Source of the DNA: Phoronis australis
Taxonomy: Eukaryota > Animalia > Phoronida
Length of the DNA: 64,000 bases
Assembly (NCBI GenBank): GCA_002633005.1
Contig: NMRA01000242.1
Coordinates: 546,930-610,929, forward strand
Reading direction: 5' to 3'
In this document: positions 22,700 through 36,982 of the stretch, piece after piece
Layout of the letters: every line of letters starts with the position of its first letter
Position numbering within the stretch: position 1 is the first letter of the stretch
Notes under the pieces: model-generated
What the model was told of the DNA's origin: nothing
The model's input: the letters and a program-made list of their open reading frames with translations, nothing else
Databases searched by the model: none
Translations under genes and position numbers: made by a program

Positions 22700-25100
22700 G
22701 TTATCACCATTAGTTGTCCTAGCTCTATAGAGATTTTCATAAACGAGAGAAGTCTCCTGTATAATATCAGATTCACTACCTGTTTTTGTATTATCTCACT
22801 TCCACAGGAAGGGCATTTGTTTACTTGTAAAATGTGTATTTTCTAAGTGTAAAATATATTTGGAGGGCGCTTCTCCTTCCTCGATCCATCTCGCTTTGGA
22901 CCTGATCATATAGCCATACAGCCAACTGAGAGCGTTTCTCGGCAATGAAGCCAGTGTCCAAATTTTCTGCTTTTTCTTATTTATTAATTTCGTCTAAAGC
23001 ATAGACTCTGATCTTTCCACGTGTTTTTTCAACTAAGTAGAAAAAGAAATGGCTGCACCAAGAATCTCCATCAGAAGAGTTTCTAAAAATAGTTGTTCAT
23101 TAATACATAACTGCAGCTCACTGTGTGCAATGCTATCTGTGACCCAATCTTTATCATAGACATATTGTGGTTTAACACGCTATAAAACTTCTTTTACAAG
23201 AATAACATATTCCGAATTATTCAAGAGAGAATTATTAAATTTCCAAAGTGTTTTTTTCTTCTATGGAACACAAAATTTAAATGATAAGGTTACCATCTAG
23301 TGATGTGTTCTATAACCAGTTTCAATTCTGGCTTCGTTTGACTCCGCCGTAAACATTATTAAGAAATCATAAAAAATCTAGACGGGAACGCTTAGTGCCA
23401 GATAGCCACGTAAATTCAGCACTACTAGGATTTAATTCGCGCCATGCATCAAAGAGAGAAATTTCGGAACCGATTTCCAAAACCATACCTCTTGATTTTG
23501 GATTATTTACATGGCGATAATTACATGTATCAAGTACTTCATTTAAAACTAAATTAAAATCACCTGTCCAAATAATCGGATGATTAGCATAGTCAACAAT
23601 CCTCGCTCAAAGAAATCGGGATCGTCTTTATTTGGACCATAAGTATTCACTATCGTTACAATTCTGTCATTTACAGCTATATTGAAAAATAACATATTGC
23701 TGTTATCATCTTGTTTTTTTTAATAAAAATGTGAATTCAAAATTGTTATTCAACAAAATAGCCACACTCCCGGAATTAGACTTGTATGAGCTAAAAACAC
23801 ATCCGCATCCCCAGGTTGACCTGATAAATTTCTCGTTTTTTCTGCAGTAAGTGAGTATCTAGCAGACAATAAATTGAGTATTTTTTGTTTAAGAAAGTTA
23901 AAAACATCTCTTCGTTTTTCATGGTGACCCAAACCTTGACAGTTTAAAATCGCAATTTTTATGTGCTCTGACATAATGCTACTTGAAATTAACTAGTGAG
24001 TGGACCCTTATGATCAGCACCAGTTAAACTAAAGGACCTATTGCATAACATGGTAACCGCCGTGAGGATGATAAATTCGCNCACACACACACACACACAC
24101 ACGCGCGCGCGCGCACACACACACACAACAAAGAAAGTAAACAGCGCAAGACAACACATTACACGAGGGCTAGTGCCCCCTCCGACTTCTCATAGAGTCC
24201 GTACGCAAGCTTGCGATAAAAAACTACAGTCTGTAAATTATACCGCACCCGCCATAGTCTTCAAACGTGCACGAAAAAAGAAATCTCGAGCAAAAACACC
24301 ACAATTCAAAAGCCCTCCAAATCCTTCGGGTCTTTCTCATGGTGAATACAATCAGTCATAAATGCGTCCGTCTCTGGTCCAGTAACTGTTAATCCGGGGT
24401 CCTAGATCTCTGACTGCCTTGAAAAGCACGGTTCTCCTCGGCGTAAGACTCTAATTGATAAAAATGCTAAGCCTACCCGCATCTCCTGACCACAGCGTTT
24501 TTCTATTCCGGATAAACTCTGAACCAGCATCATATGTTGTGAATTTTACAACAATAGGACGAGGCTTCTGGCCCCGAGGGATGACTTTACCCATTCTATG
24601 CGAGCGGCTAATATCTGACCTTTGGATGTTCAAGTTCATCGGTCCAAGATAAAAGTGTGTGTGTGCTTTTTGTGACGGAACATTTTTGTTCTTTGACTGC
24701 GAATTTCTTACGAAGTCGCCGGCACAGGAGACCGTGAATGGTACTGGAAGAAAGAACATTTGCCAATAGTTTGTTGAAACCTTGTTTTGCATAAATTTAT
24801 TGAGTTTTGTGTTCCCTATGGAGGGCTGAAGTGAAGCACCCGTGGAATTTCTAGTCGGGAGTGTCATACCTTGTAGTATTATATGTAGTGTATTGGGGAC
24901 GATCAGAAGCTGAGGACGCCTGTGTGAAAACTTATAGTATCGGAAGGCTCACTCGCAGCACTTACAGAACGTGTTTGTCCTCCATGACAGGTCGACCGGA
25001 AGACATAACGTGTTTTGGTCGTGATAGACCAGCCGGAAAATCCTCCTCTCATTTTCGGGTCGGTCGAAATTCCTGAGTTAACCACATGCCTTTATTTGGC
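22700..25100 (-). mobile_element. L1/Tx1-type LINE 5' portion: ORF1 remnant and ORF2 AP-endonuclease, degenerate
   Basis: ORF1: ISRSHRMGK..PRPIVVKF..IFIN..LTPRR..WTRDGRI (about 24350-24650). ORF2 starts near 23974: KIAILNCQGLG..KRRDVFNFL, with later YGPN, GDFN, SRLDF and FNNSLL-like motifs. Confidence 0.8.
24082..24127. repeat. (CA)n-(CG)n-(CA)n microsatellite
   Basis: Directly visible. Confidence 0.95.
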
Positions 25101-25367
25101 CCGTAACATGCAATTTCACGCTAATACACATTAGCTGATACGAGTTGCCTAACGAAACTGCAGGTCTGTTTTCACTTTTTTGCTTTTCTGGTGGATTTAA
25201 ACTGATAGAAAGTTCAAAATCTTCATAAAATTTTGACCTCTATACGCGCTCTCTCCGTAAATATCGGTGAAGTTTTAGCTGAGATCGCTTCGGTGAGATC
25301 AGCTGAGTTTGAAGTAACCTTTAGTAATAGTCTACTACACGGTAACACCGATTCCTATATCCGTTAA

Positions 25368-27042
25368 AGGAGAATGCCACCCGATTTAATTAGTTTTTTT
25401 GCCGTCTTAATGGGTCTATATCCACTTCGCCTCGCATACGGTCGACCTTACCTTGCCAAGAGGTGTCGCGCTAACCTGTGAGATAGGTGAGAAACGACGC
25501 TGGCAACGTCAGTGGGTCATATCCAGAGTGAATGCCGCTATGTTGCGGTGCATCTTTCCCGCTAGTCCGAACTAAGGAACTGCGAGGAAAGCGGGTATAT
25601 CGTTTTTTTTACTTCCTCGAGAGTCCGAAATGCTTAGGAAGTGGCTCATGGTAGTGAAGAAAGAAATGTACGCTATAAATAGCAAGTATGAGGCCGTGAA
25701 TCATCTTCGTGTCTTTGGCCTGCAGACGTCGACAGTGCCTGACGAATGCCGGCTTACCAAATAACTCCATACTTTCCGTTGTCTGAGCTTGTTCACGGCG
25801 CCTCTCTAGTATTTCTTCATCACTGTATTCCTGTTCCAATTGATAGCCTTTAAAACTTAACGATCCACCTGCGAAGTCGGGACTGATGAGCTCTAGCTCG
25901 TCCTAAGTCGGGATTGCGAGTTGCCATGTTCATTGGCGTTTATTACTGAGCGTTCTGTTTCAAAATGAATTATTTTCACCCCAACCAATACTTGTGTAAA
26001 ACTGAAACAAAGTCTGTCTCATTAGATGCAGTTTGTAATGCCTTTGGAGTGTTCGTGAGTGCAAATGATTTGAGAAGCCAGTAATGAATAAATTACTGCG
26101 TTACCGGCTTTACCGTGTGCAAAAAACTAATTGACGGGACACCGAGGCCATGTGAGCTCATGCTAATTTAGTGTTTGCTGGCAGAAACTGTTGTGAAAGA
26201 ACTCGATATCCATCCCACAGCCAGGTGTTAGGGGAATCTTTATTTACATTTACATTACTCAAGTAGTGATTGTCAATGTACAACTTCTGCCCTGACGGTG
26301 CTGTGGCCAAAGCGGAATCTAAATTCGCGGCCTCCTGAGATTTGCAGTTTCGTGGCTAATTCACCAACATAATCAGGTGCACATTACTTTGGCTCACTAG
26401 TATAATATTTTCTTGACTGGAAGTTAAGTTTCCACTGAACTTTGGCTGGTTTATGTTCGTGATGTCTGATCAGATTCCGAGCCACTGGCCGGGATAACGA
26501 GGCAATCCGGCCTGCCGCGACGGGCCTGAGCGGGCTCCGAGCCACTGCCGGCCAGGATAACAAGCGTTTTGTGTTTAGAACTAAAAATCACAAGTCTAAA
26601 CAACACAGATCTAGGTTCTCCTGTCTTGTATCTCACGGAAAATACTTCGAAATTATCTCCGAACAGACCCCAAACTCCTGCTACGGACCTTATTGGCCTG
26701 CCGAACTTTGTAGGCTACGGTGTGTCCAAATACCAATAAATCCGTAAGAGCGAAATAAAACAACACGTTTTATAAGAAATTGAGGTATTTTTAAAGGTTT
26801 TACATCGAAGCTTGGTGATTTATTGGTGTTAAACGATGACTTCAAGCGATAAGCTGACACCAGTAACCCGTGTTGAGAACTGCTGAACAGACTGCGTGTG
26901 AAACCGATGGCGTCATTGAATAATTTCAACACCTCCGTCTGCCGTCAGGTGTCAGGTAACGCAACCGTACGTGTCGTTATGGTGTAGAACTACTCGATCT
27001 AAATTGATACAAATTAGGTTGTTTTTTGGGTGGCATGCTCCT
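25368..27042 (+). mobile_element. Non-autonomous Kolobok-type element (family 2) with a KolX-like N-terminal remnant
   Basis: TTAA-AGGAGAATGCCACCC ... GGGTGGCATGCTCCT-TTAA. Minus-strand KGYQLEQEYSDEEILERRR (about 25790-25850) resembles the GYMFEPEY motif of the family-1 KolX. Confidence 0.8.
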
Positions 27043-28644
27043 TTAAGAATTTTAAAATTTACACTCATAACTTCAAAGTAAATTCACAGAGATTAGCGTG
27101 GCGGAATATCAGTAAACCTGAGTTGAAGTTCCTGAGAAAGTAACAAATTTCACGAATTTATGAATCCGCAACGGTCTAATAATGCCAAAGTATTCTAGGT
27201 AATCCCTTCTCGTGGGTGTCGTGAGCACATGTGTGAACTGTAAATTTCGTCGTTTTTTTGCCGTTTCGAAACGACAGTGACGGGTGACCGTGTTCAAGCA
27301 TATACATTGTTGTCGTAAAGCGAAAATAACGATAAAATTCGACGCTAACTTTAAGAGTTAACGATTTTAGTCGGAAGTCATGGCGAAAATTTGGAAGGAA
27401 ATTCAGTTGACAAAAAATGACACTAAAATGGTTGAAAATTTACCGAAAATTTTTGCTTCAAAATTCCACCTATTTTCCACGAGAATTATCGTTAACTTTT
27501 TAGGACCACCACATTACAATCAATGCTAACGGCGGGTCGACCGCGACATAGACATTTTGTGGTTACACCTTCCGCAAACAAGCAGTGTCACAAGTTCTGT
27601 ATCCGTGTTCGTTAAAAACGAATCGTACAAAGAGTAGATTGGAGTTATCGAACGTTATAAACGACCGGTACGTTATAATGCGACTCGACTGCTTTCCTGA
27701 ACCTTCTAATTCTGTATATATTGGGTTAACAAAACAGACTTGTCGAAAAAGTGCTGTACTGTATAAACTTAATGCCGCAGAAAAAAAATTTCATGTATGA
27801 ATGTTGTGTTGACGTAAAAGGCATCTCACCATTCACTTAAAAGTAGTTCCATTGAGAGACCAGGCGTAATTATCATGTTACTGCCCCCACAGCCGAGTGG
27901 GGTGGGTAATGAACTATTGAAATTGCTGATAAAAGCGTGTCAAGCTTATAGTCCCTGAAACCCTTGAGATTTTATCACGATCATTATGAAATAGCCAACA
28001 AGGGGCAGAAACAATGACTCAAAATATTGCAATCTCAACGGAACAGGGTTTACTATTGAGCTGCATGCGGACCATCCCATTTGCTGTACTCCCGCGTGGC
28101 GCCGATGGTTTGGGCACTTCAAACACAATTTGAGACTTGCGTTTCATACTGAGCCTGCTAACACCAGTAGTTTCATGTTATCATTCAGTGTACCACAGAT
28201 TTGGTGTTTAAGCCCAATGTTTATCACCAGCACATCACATGTGGCAACACTGCCTGGCAAAAACGGAAATTTGCAACGTTCACTTTGAGACCGAGCCCTG
28301 TGCATGAAAAACTTTTTTGACAAAATGTGGTATTGTTGGAAAGGGGAATGACTGAGCTATTCATTGGTATGCATCATGATTCAAATAAACCAAAGGTAAT
28401 GTAAACACGGGCGAAAGAACACAAATTTCCAAACATTTTTAGGTGTCTTTTTACTTTATAACGTCGTATCGAATGAGCGCGGTTAGGCTGATGTCCTTGT
28501 TGGCTAACTGTAACGGGTGTTCCTGGTGCGCTAAATGTTAAAGGGGTGATACTGAGTATCCTGCTAGGGTTATTGCTTTAAACGACAATACACAGCGGCG
28601 CATTATTATAAATCTTTGTTAACTTTCGAATGACAAAATTATAG

Positions 28645-29007
28645 ACGGACCAACAAATGTCACCATAGAAGAAGTTGAAAAAGGCACTACAGCTATCCAC
28701 GATACATTTCTGCTAAAAAACAATACCAGATATAGGATGAACTGTACCACAGGATACTATTGGGAAAAGGTGAACTTTAACTGGTATACAAACGGCTATG
28801 TTCTACAAGATTCGTCGACGGGGATGAGGAGTTTAGAACCAGAGAAGATCGAAGAGAAATATCGATTCAAAAGTGAAATAGGACTGGAAATAAATGCCGC
28901 TCAAGCTCACCATCAGATGAAACTGAAGTGCTATGCAAAGAACGACCATCTCGATGCTATGTATACAGGAGCAACAGCAGAAAAAACGGTCACATTGACT
29001 GTTGCTT
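28645..29007 (+). CDS. Ig-superfamily gene, Ig exon 1 in window
   Basis: TAG|AC GGA CCA; GPTNVTI..YRMNC..FNW..LKCYAKN..TLTVA; T|GTGAGT. 363 bp, phase 1-1. Confidence 0.85.
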
Positions 29008-31347
29008 GTGAGTACCTAGTTCAAACTACACATTGTATCTTCTCCTCCATAATCAATGCGTCACCCAACTATTGTTTTGTCAGAAAACATTGACATGACT
29101 TTTATCTCGTACTCAGATGAGCAGTGATTCTCATTACTGACGATTGAGCTCTGTCAGCTGACGTTATCTTACAATTAAAAAAATCATTAATTGGTTGTGG
29201 AGATGACTGCTTTTTGAATATATCATTGTAATAAGCGATTTCCTGAGAAATATATTACAGTACGTTGACACGCGACACGGCTGCACTTCGGTCTGTAATG
29301 GAGTTGTTTACTTACGCAGTTTCTATAGATCGCATACCAAAGTTCTTTGTTTTGCAAAAAAATGTCATATTCTTCATATCTTTTTGTGCCTGTTTGATCA
29401 CCTCTTTCACACCCTTCTACGACGGCATCGCTATGAATATTAGATTCACTGACTGTTCAACCGGTCTCATTGGACTGCAGTCACCCAATGACATCAACGT
29501 CATCGTTTCATGATCTCAAATCCCCTTAAATGAAAACCAAAATGGTGTATTCTTCCTTCTACTGGCACCACTTTTGTAAAACGTCAATAACTGGGCGTAA
29601 ACTTCATATCTGTGTTTTACTGCTGTGACCATGCAAATGTTAATCAACCATGGGACATTTTGAAAGATTGTATAAATATTTAAGATAGTCGTGTCCTGTG
29701 TTCAGTTTGCGCAGCAATAGGTGCTTAAAGGTATTTTAAAAGCAGGCATACTGAAAATGCTTTAGCAGAATTTGCAGTTTCCAGTGACATTCTTAAAACG
29801 ACGCCTCCAACACACTGTTTAAATTTGTAAGGTGACAAGTAACGTATCCGGGGATATTGGTGACTGATTATCAGACCACCGGTGGAAATTCTAATGCTAG
29901 ATGCCGCGTGAGCGCGTTAGATAATGAAGAAAATGGTTCACGACCCAAAGGCCTTGCTGCAATCATAAACACGACTATAGAACTGCACACTTGCAGATTT
30001 CGTTTTCTTGTTTGCGGAGTTTGAATTCCCGCATCAAATAGCAATACCACTGTTGTAAGGCACGCATAATTGGAAATAGAAGTGGAACCACATTTTAAAC
30101 ATCCTTCATATGTTGCTCATATTGTAGAGGGATCCTGAAAGCAAGTGTGTCTGTCAGAATTGTCAACTCGCTGAATTCCGTTGTTTTTCATGTACCGCTT
30201 GTATGATTTTCTTTTCAATAAGTAGTGAACAGATTTTTTTCACTAACGTTAAAACCTAAAGAGCCATTAGCATGAAACACACTACAAGATGAAAATGATT
30301 TGGTGATAGAAATCGGAGGCAAATAAGTGGGATTCGTTAGTTGAAAGCCTAGTATATCTGAAAAAATGCAGTGAAGTCATCTACTCTAGCTCGCCGAGAT
30401 GGAATGGATTTGTATCAGACAAACAAATCCACGTGAATTCAAGCGTTTATGCAGGTCGCTGGCATTTAGACAAATTTCTACAAACTTACAGAATTTAATT
30501 TTTTCAAATTATGCATTCTCACCACAGACCTTATACTGTATACCATTCAATCACGTGACCATGTCTTGAGTAAAATTAAACAAAAAAAGAAAAGCGGATT
30601 CTTAAAAAAACATCGGAATCAATAACATAATAGTGCGTAAGATATTCATGCAACTCCGATCCGCCATTTCGGAGATATAATGTTTCGAACTTAGTTAAAT
30701 TTGGACATTTTCTACGATCTGTTATGACATATTGTCGCACACAACACGGATTGCGACGCATATCGTCGTCCTTGCGACAGTATGTTGCCGGGGGCGATAA
30801 CAAGTGCAGTGAACACGGAAACATATTCTCGCCCTCAAGCATTGTTAAAGGGTTTCCTGTTCGCCAGAAGTAGACACAGAGACGAAAAAGAGGTTGTATC
30901 GAGTTGAAGGGGACAGGTCCAGTGGTGATAATTACATCTGATGTCAGTCTCGGGAGCGTTGATTTTACAAATATGAATCCATTGGATAGTAAGGACGTGT
31001 TGTACTCCCTGCGTTTTTGGTAGCCACCTAATCGACCTCCTGATCCGCCCTCTGGCCCCCGATCACACCCACTTTGTCCACCAATAGCTTGTCCCCTGCC
31101 GAAGTTTGGATTTCTAAATGCCTTCACCTACGCCTAAAGGCACCAGCATTGCGTAAGCGTGCAGAGCTAAGTGACTTCGCTAAAGTTAGATACTTCTTGA
31201 GGCGACATTATGCGCCTTCGCAATACAACAACTTATATTGCAGCACTCGACATTTTATTGTCCCTTCCTGGAGCGACAGTTTGTGTCGAGCTTGACAATG
31301 CATGTCGCCACAGAGTACTTCATCACGAACTGAAATTTCTCGTTTAG

Positions 31348-31686
31348 CTGGACCATCAACACTCACCATTTTCGACTACAGCAGTTATCCAAGCCTAATG
31401 GACAATCGAAAACAAACACTGACGGTTCGAAATGGTTATACGTACTTGTTGAATTGTAAAACTGATTCCAATTATCCAGAGGCCAACGTTACATGGTCCT
31501 CCTCGGATGGGTTGATGAGTACGTCAATAACTGTTCATACGCTTGACGGGAACTACTACCGGAGCAGCAAGAACATTTCTTTCACCACAAAGGTTGAGGA
31601 CAACTGGGCAAAATTACGGTGCACTGCTGTTAACAAGGCAGCCGAAGACTTCAATTCGACGACGGAGTACACATTCATAGTCACAC
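31348..31686 (+). CDS. Ig-superfamily gene, Ig exon 2
   Basis: TAG|CT GGA CCA; YLLNCKTDSNYPEANVTW..DNWAKLRCTAVN; C|GTGAGT. 339 bp, phase 1-1. Confidence 0.88.
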
Positions 31687-31934
31687 GTGAGTGAGATTAA
31701 TTGCCACAAAAATTAACAAGATAGTCAACAGAAGTCACAAGCCTCCCATGGCCCATAGACTAAATTCGTAATACGAGTCACGCCCAAAACATTTGCAAAT
31801 AACGACAAATCACCGGGTTGAAACAACATGAGCGAAAATGCTCACGTAGTGCCATTGATAACCAATGAAATGTATTGTTTTCATAGTGCGGATATTTAAA
31901 TTGTTTGGAAAACATTTTTGAGTCGAGTGTAGCG

Positions 31935-32112
31935 AAGAGGTGGAAGGAGAGGGAGGGAGTGGGGAGTAGGAGGAATTCCGGGAGATAAAGAGGGAGAAGA
32001 AAGACCAAAATATAATCAGAATTATGATGGTGATAGTAATAATGAAAATAATAATTATAACGATGATGATGATGATAATGACCAGGACGATGACGACGAC
32101 GAGGATGATGGT
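31935..32112. repeat. Purine-rich tract plus degenerate (GAT/AAT/GAC)n
   Basis: Directly visible low-complexity sequence. Confidence 0.8.
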
Positions 32113-32449
32113 TCTCAAAAAATTAATAAAGGCATTCCTTCTGATGGATTTTCACCTCTGTTGTGAAAATGTCATACCTTATGTGCAGTAAACAAACTTG
32201 AAATAAGTCTTCTTAATGAAGTTTTTATGGCGAAGTCATGTTAGAAACAAACAGCATACTCAACCACAATTACTTATACGGTCACTGGTCATGAGGCTGT
32301 CAAGTTCAGAATAGTAAAGTAACAAAGACATTAAACTTTTAAATTTGGGATTAACAATGCTTGATCTTGTCTCATGATAATGAAGTAACTAAATATGTGA
32401 TTTAGGGTCAGTAAGCACCACTCTCATTGGTTTGTTTTTGTCTAACATA

Positions 32450-33814
32450 CAGTACAGCCACTGAATTATTAGACTCTCTCCCGTGTCTCTCCGGTCTAGC
32501 CACCCGTGACCGTAACCGGAGACAGACCGGAGAGTGAGACGTGAATCAACCGTGACAGCGGGCGTGTGCCTAAGCGCGACTGAACCCGGAGCTTACCGTT
32601 AGTTAGGCGTGAACTAAGCGCGAGCCAGCCGTGAGCCAGGCGTGAGTTTACCTGCATCGCAGATGAAAAAGTAATTTGTTAAAATTATACCAGTAACTAG
32701 CAGTGATGTGTGTATTCTCATAGACTTTTGTTTATGTGAGGTTTATTTTTTTTGAAATCGTCACGTTCAGCAAAAGACCAAAATTTCCTTCTCAAATCTT
32801 AAGTCACTTCAGGAAAAAGACTGTGGACTCTACTTTTCAGTTGTATATAATTATTTGTTTTTATATAAACTAATAAAGAATCTTAACGCGCGTCTACATG
32901 GCGGAAATATTCAATTGCCTTCACGATATGAAGGAGCATAGCATGTCAATTCTGAGCACATTGATCCCAAGTTCCGGCTTCATGCGGAGAAAACTGATCG
33001 TGCCCATGCATTTGACGAGTCAAACAGATCACTGCTATTATATTTTAGTGAAGAAGTACCCCGGGGATACTGTGAACTCAGTCAAAACGCATGTACTACG
33101 GGGAGGGGGCTACAAATAATTAAACTGCGCTACGGACTGAGAACTTTTTAGTCAAAACATTTGCTTGCAGTAGGGGATGGGTATGTCAGAATGGCGGCCT
33201 ATTGAAATTTTCTGTATGTCAGTGCGGTGCAAAAATTTACGGAGTGACACAATACTTCACAAGATGCGTAGGCAATTTTTAGGGCAAATTAACTATATCC
33301 AGCTGTGACTAGTTTCAAGGAGTCCACAGCCACGTAAAGACGACTCTGGACACAGGATCGCGTATATTCGTATTTACTAACCGTGGTTACTGTACATGTA
33401 TGTCGTTGATGGGACTGGCTCTTAAGTTGTAAATAGAAAATGTACATTTAACCGTAACACAACATGAGCTGAAGGAAGACGTTTGTATGAACAACACGTG
33501 GAATTACAAAGTTAGTCGGAACCCAAGCGTGATAGATGACTGCTTGCAAAGTGTCCGAAAAGACAGGCAATCAAGACGTTACATGTATTTTATTGATTAG
33601 CCCGGTGCCCTACCATGGTTACCACAGGTACTGAAGGCGTGAATAAAGCCTTAGGAAAGCGTGAACTAAACCGGAGGTAAGCGTGAGGACTACCCGGAGA
33701 GTAGGCGTGAGGCGACCGTGACTGATTTCAGTCACGCCTGCGTTCCGGTTGTGCTCCGGTCTGGCCAGGCGTGAGGTAGCCCGGACGAAGTCTAAAAATT
33801 CAGTGGCTGCACTG
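32450..33814. mobile_element. Non-autonomous TIR element with TA TSD and subterminal (A)GGCGTGA/CCGTGA repeats
   Basis: TA-CAGTACAGCCACTGAATTATTAGACT ... AGTCTAAAAATTCAGTGGCTGCACTG-TA. Confidence 0.8.
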
Positions 33815-34816
33815 TAGTTTATACAAGCAAATAAAAATCGTTTCATAGTACAATGTAAATTCAGTAGAGTGAAAAAGGAACTATATTTTATTCTGAATAC
33901 ATTATGCATAGTTTTCAATTAGTTTTTGATTAATTTCACAATTAATTTAACATCAAAAAGTAAACTTATATTCTCTAACGAAGCTAAAAAATCGCCCGCT
34001 TGGAACGCTGCTTCTCGTGACGTAGTTGTTGGGGGTAAAGCCAGTGTAATATTTTTGCGTGCAGGCAAGTGTCGTTCTTCATATTGTCGGAATACGAAAT
34101 TTTAGAGTGAAATGTTGGGTCACCAGGGAAACCTGCTTGAAACGAGGCAACACAAAGTGATACCCAGTCGTCGCCATCGTCAGACGATAATAGTTAACTT
34201 ACACATGTATGCTCGTCACCTCTTCGTAAAACTTACATCAACATGTAGAGCTAACGGGCCGGCAGAGGTGCATGCAAAATCTGATATTCAACCGACACTC
34301 AGTTGTTTAAGTGGAATACAAACAAATAAACGTCACTGTCTAGCATAATATGCCGCCTTTTGTAACAAAGAAAGTGTGTCGCCCGTTTCAAAACAGAACG
34401 CTCGTGACACGCGCAAGCACCATTTCCTAAATTTTGCGACGTCTTTAGCGAGATGATGACAGCTTCGCAGCAGCAATGTTTGTTCTAAAGTTCGGTTTGA
34501 TGGTAAAACTTGTAACGGATTGAAACCAAGTTCCGATAATTTGTTGTGACATGTATGCAGTCTTGTGCCGGCAGCGCAGAACAGTTGATAAAAGAATCGG
34601 GGGCAAGAAACCGGTAACGGTCAAGTGACGTAATCGCCACGTGCCGACTCAAGAGAACATATCACAATTTTAGCAGCAGCCGATTAACGACAGCTAACTT
34701 TTCCAACACCGGTAAATAGGTTAGCTTACTCAAGGAAGAGAGTAGTTTTAATGACGCTAATTTTGAATCAGATTTCACGTGTACATTTTTACCCGTATCG
34801 GCGCAAGCCTGTTAGC

Positions 34817-36591
34817 GAGGACAACATACGTCACCAAATCGTTTCGCGTATCTGTCACCGTGTAAAATTTGCACATTACAATCGGCAAAAAATCACTCAA
34901 AAATGCAATAAATGTGAATAAAAATTACTTCAAAGTATGAAATAAGACGTTATTTTACTGAAATGTTAGTCTTTTTTCGTCGCAAAATCCGTTTAATAAT
35001 ACTTTGCACGAGTTTTTTGCAGCGACGTGACCGACATTTCAAAGCAAAATGGTCGCCGGTAAAAACAACTGGTATTTGGTTTTCAACTCAGGAGAAGACT
35101 AAACTCTAGAATTTTGGCGTGAAACTGTGCGAAGTTGTAGAAGAAACCCTTGCGCACGTTATTACGTAAGTATTTTTCACTTTCGTGTACTTAAAAGTTG
35201 AAAAAGTTGCCAGTTCTCGCGACCTTCAAATTTGACCTGAATTAATTGGTACATTTCCTAATTTGCGCACATAATGAACCATATTGCGCACTAAAGGGTT
35301 TATCAATGAACTATTTCAAACACTTGTTGCAAACGGGCCCTTCGTCGATTTCTGACAATCGGGCGTATTTCTGACTCACTTCGTAATTCCGGGTACTGCC
35401 GCTAGGGGTGCTCCTTCGAATGGCGGCGAATTTTTGGTTCCCAAACTAAAGCATTTCAACTTTTCCTGTTGAAAAATTAATGTAAAAGAGACCAAAAAAG
35501 TAATTTCTCGTTGTGAGAACAATGATTCTCTCATTTAAGGTTCTTTTTTCCTATTTTTGCCTCACAGTTTTGTAGGTCAGGCCACTAAGACCTGACTTGT
35601 TGCCAGACCGTACCACCCATACTGGCCAAGACAGTTTAGCCAGCATATGTCAAGACAGAAAATGAAAACATTTTAATTTTAGAGTAAACAAATATTACAA
35701 CTGTGTATTTCTACTCCAGTGCTGTGTTTTCAACCAAAACTTTATGTTTACTACCATGAAAAACTAAACATGCTATCAATATTTTTTTTACTATGAATAT
35801 AGTTTTTACAAAACAATTCAGAGGTTCATCAATATTTTTTTACCATGAATATGGTTTAACAAAACAATTCAGAGGTTCATCTAGATTGTTATATATCTCA
35901 GCCTGGCCTATATCTTTCAGGTAACCTTTGTTGGAAATTGCTGTGGACTAAACCAGTTGTTATTTTCTCCATCATGTTTTCTTATAATTTCATTCCTATT
36001 TGTCAGTTTACTATAATACATATCATCATGTCTCGAATTTCTGTCTCATCAGACTAGCTCTTGGTCCAGATCCTTCTTCTTTCCTGCTTCTACCGATTCT
36101 ACTTGCAGGCAGCAAGTGAGTTTGGCTCAATACCCACTACGATGAAGATGAGGCTGTGCGCACCTCTCGGGTGATGGACGATTTTGGTCAAGAGTACCTC
36201 GAAGTGCTGGAGTGCTCCATATTGTGTATTGGTATTCCACTGACTTAACAACCCCCTTCCTTGAGGATGCCACAACTTTGTGAAGTACTCCAAAATTCGA
36301 AAATTTAGTCTTCTCCTGAGTTGAAAACCAAATACCAGTTGTTTTTACCGGCGACCATTTTGCTTTGAAATGTCGGTCACGTCGCTGCAAAAAACTCGTG
36401 CAAAGTATTATTAAACGGATTTTGCGACCAAAAAAGACTAACATTTAAGTAAAGTAACGTCCTATTTCATAATTTGAAGTAATTTTTATTTACATTTATT
36501 GCATTTTTGAGTGATTTTTTGCCGATTGTAATTTGCGAATTTTACACGGTGACAGATACGCGAAGCGATTTGGTGACGTATGTTGTCCTCG
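34817..36591. repeat. Inverted pair of an about 300-bp repeat (34817-35118 and 36290-36591)
   Basis: CGAGGACAACATACGTCACCAAATCG...GGAGAAGACTAAA recurs as a highly similar reverse complement. Confidence 0.85.
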
Positions 36592-36836
36592 TTACTTTGA
36601 GGAGGTCCCATTCAACGTATACTGTCCTGTAATGATGTGACCACTCCCAGTGTCCTGCAATTTGAGAACCACGTTTCTTCACTGAATAACAGGCATCAAA
36701 TTTGTTGCGTCCCATTCCCAACCATGGTTTTGTATGATCTCACTTTTCTCGCAACAAGCTTCAGCCTACCAGCACTTCCCAAGTTCATCGCTGATCCAGT
36801 GGTTTGTGTTCAAGTGGACTAGCTAGCTGACTAGCC

Positions 36837-36982
36837 AGTGGTGGATTTAGAGGGGGGCTATGGCCTAACTAAAATTCTCCCAGCTCCCATTTGGCAATTC
36901 GGGGTGCAAATGTTTGGCGAACTAAATCCTGGCTAATACTCTGCCCTGTTCCCCCAAACTCAAAATCCTGGATCTGCTTTGT
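36837..36982. mobile_element. hAT-like MITE (CAGTGG..GGAT family)
   Basis: Homologous to 60298-60452 (inverted) and to the outer part of 10949-11224. Confidence 0.6.

Noticed and set aside
30576-31127. 183-aa minus-strand ORF
   Set aside because: No recognisable motif or splice structure; likely a chance ORF in intronic sequence.
31810-32118. Hydrophobic Ile/Val-rich ORF resembling a TM or signal segment
   Set aside because: Antisense reading of a (GAT/AAT)n low-complexity tract, on the wrong strand for the Ig gene.
35773-35880. Tandem duplication of about 52 bp
   Set aside because: Simple local duplication with no evident function.
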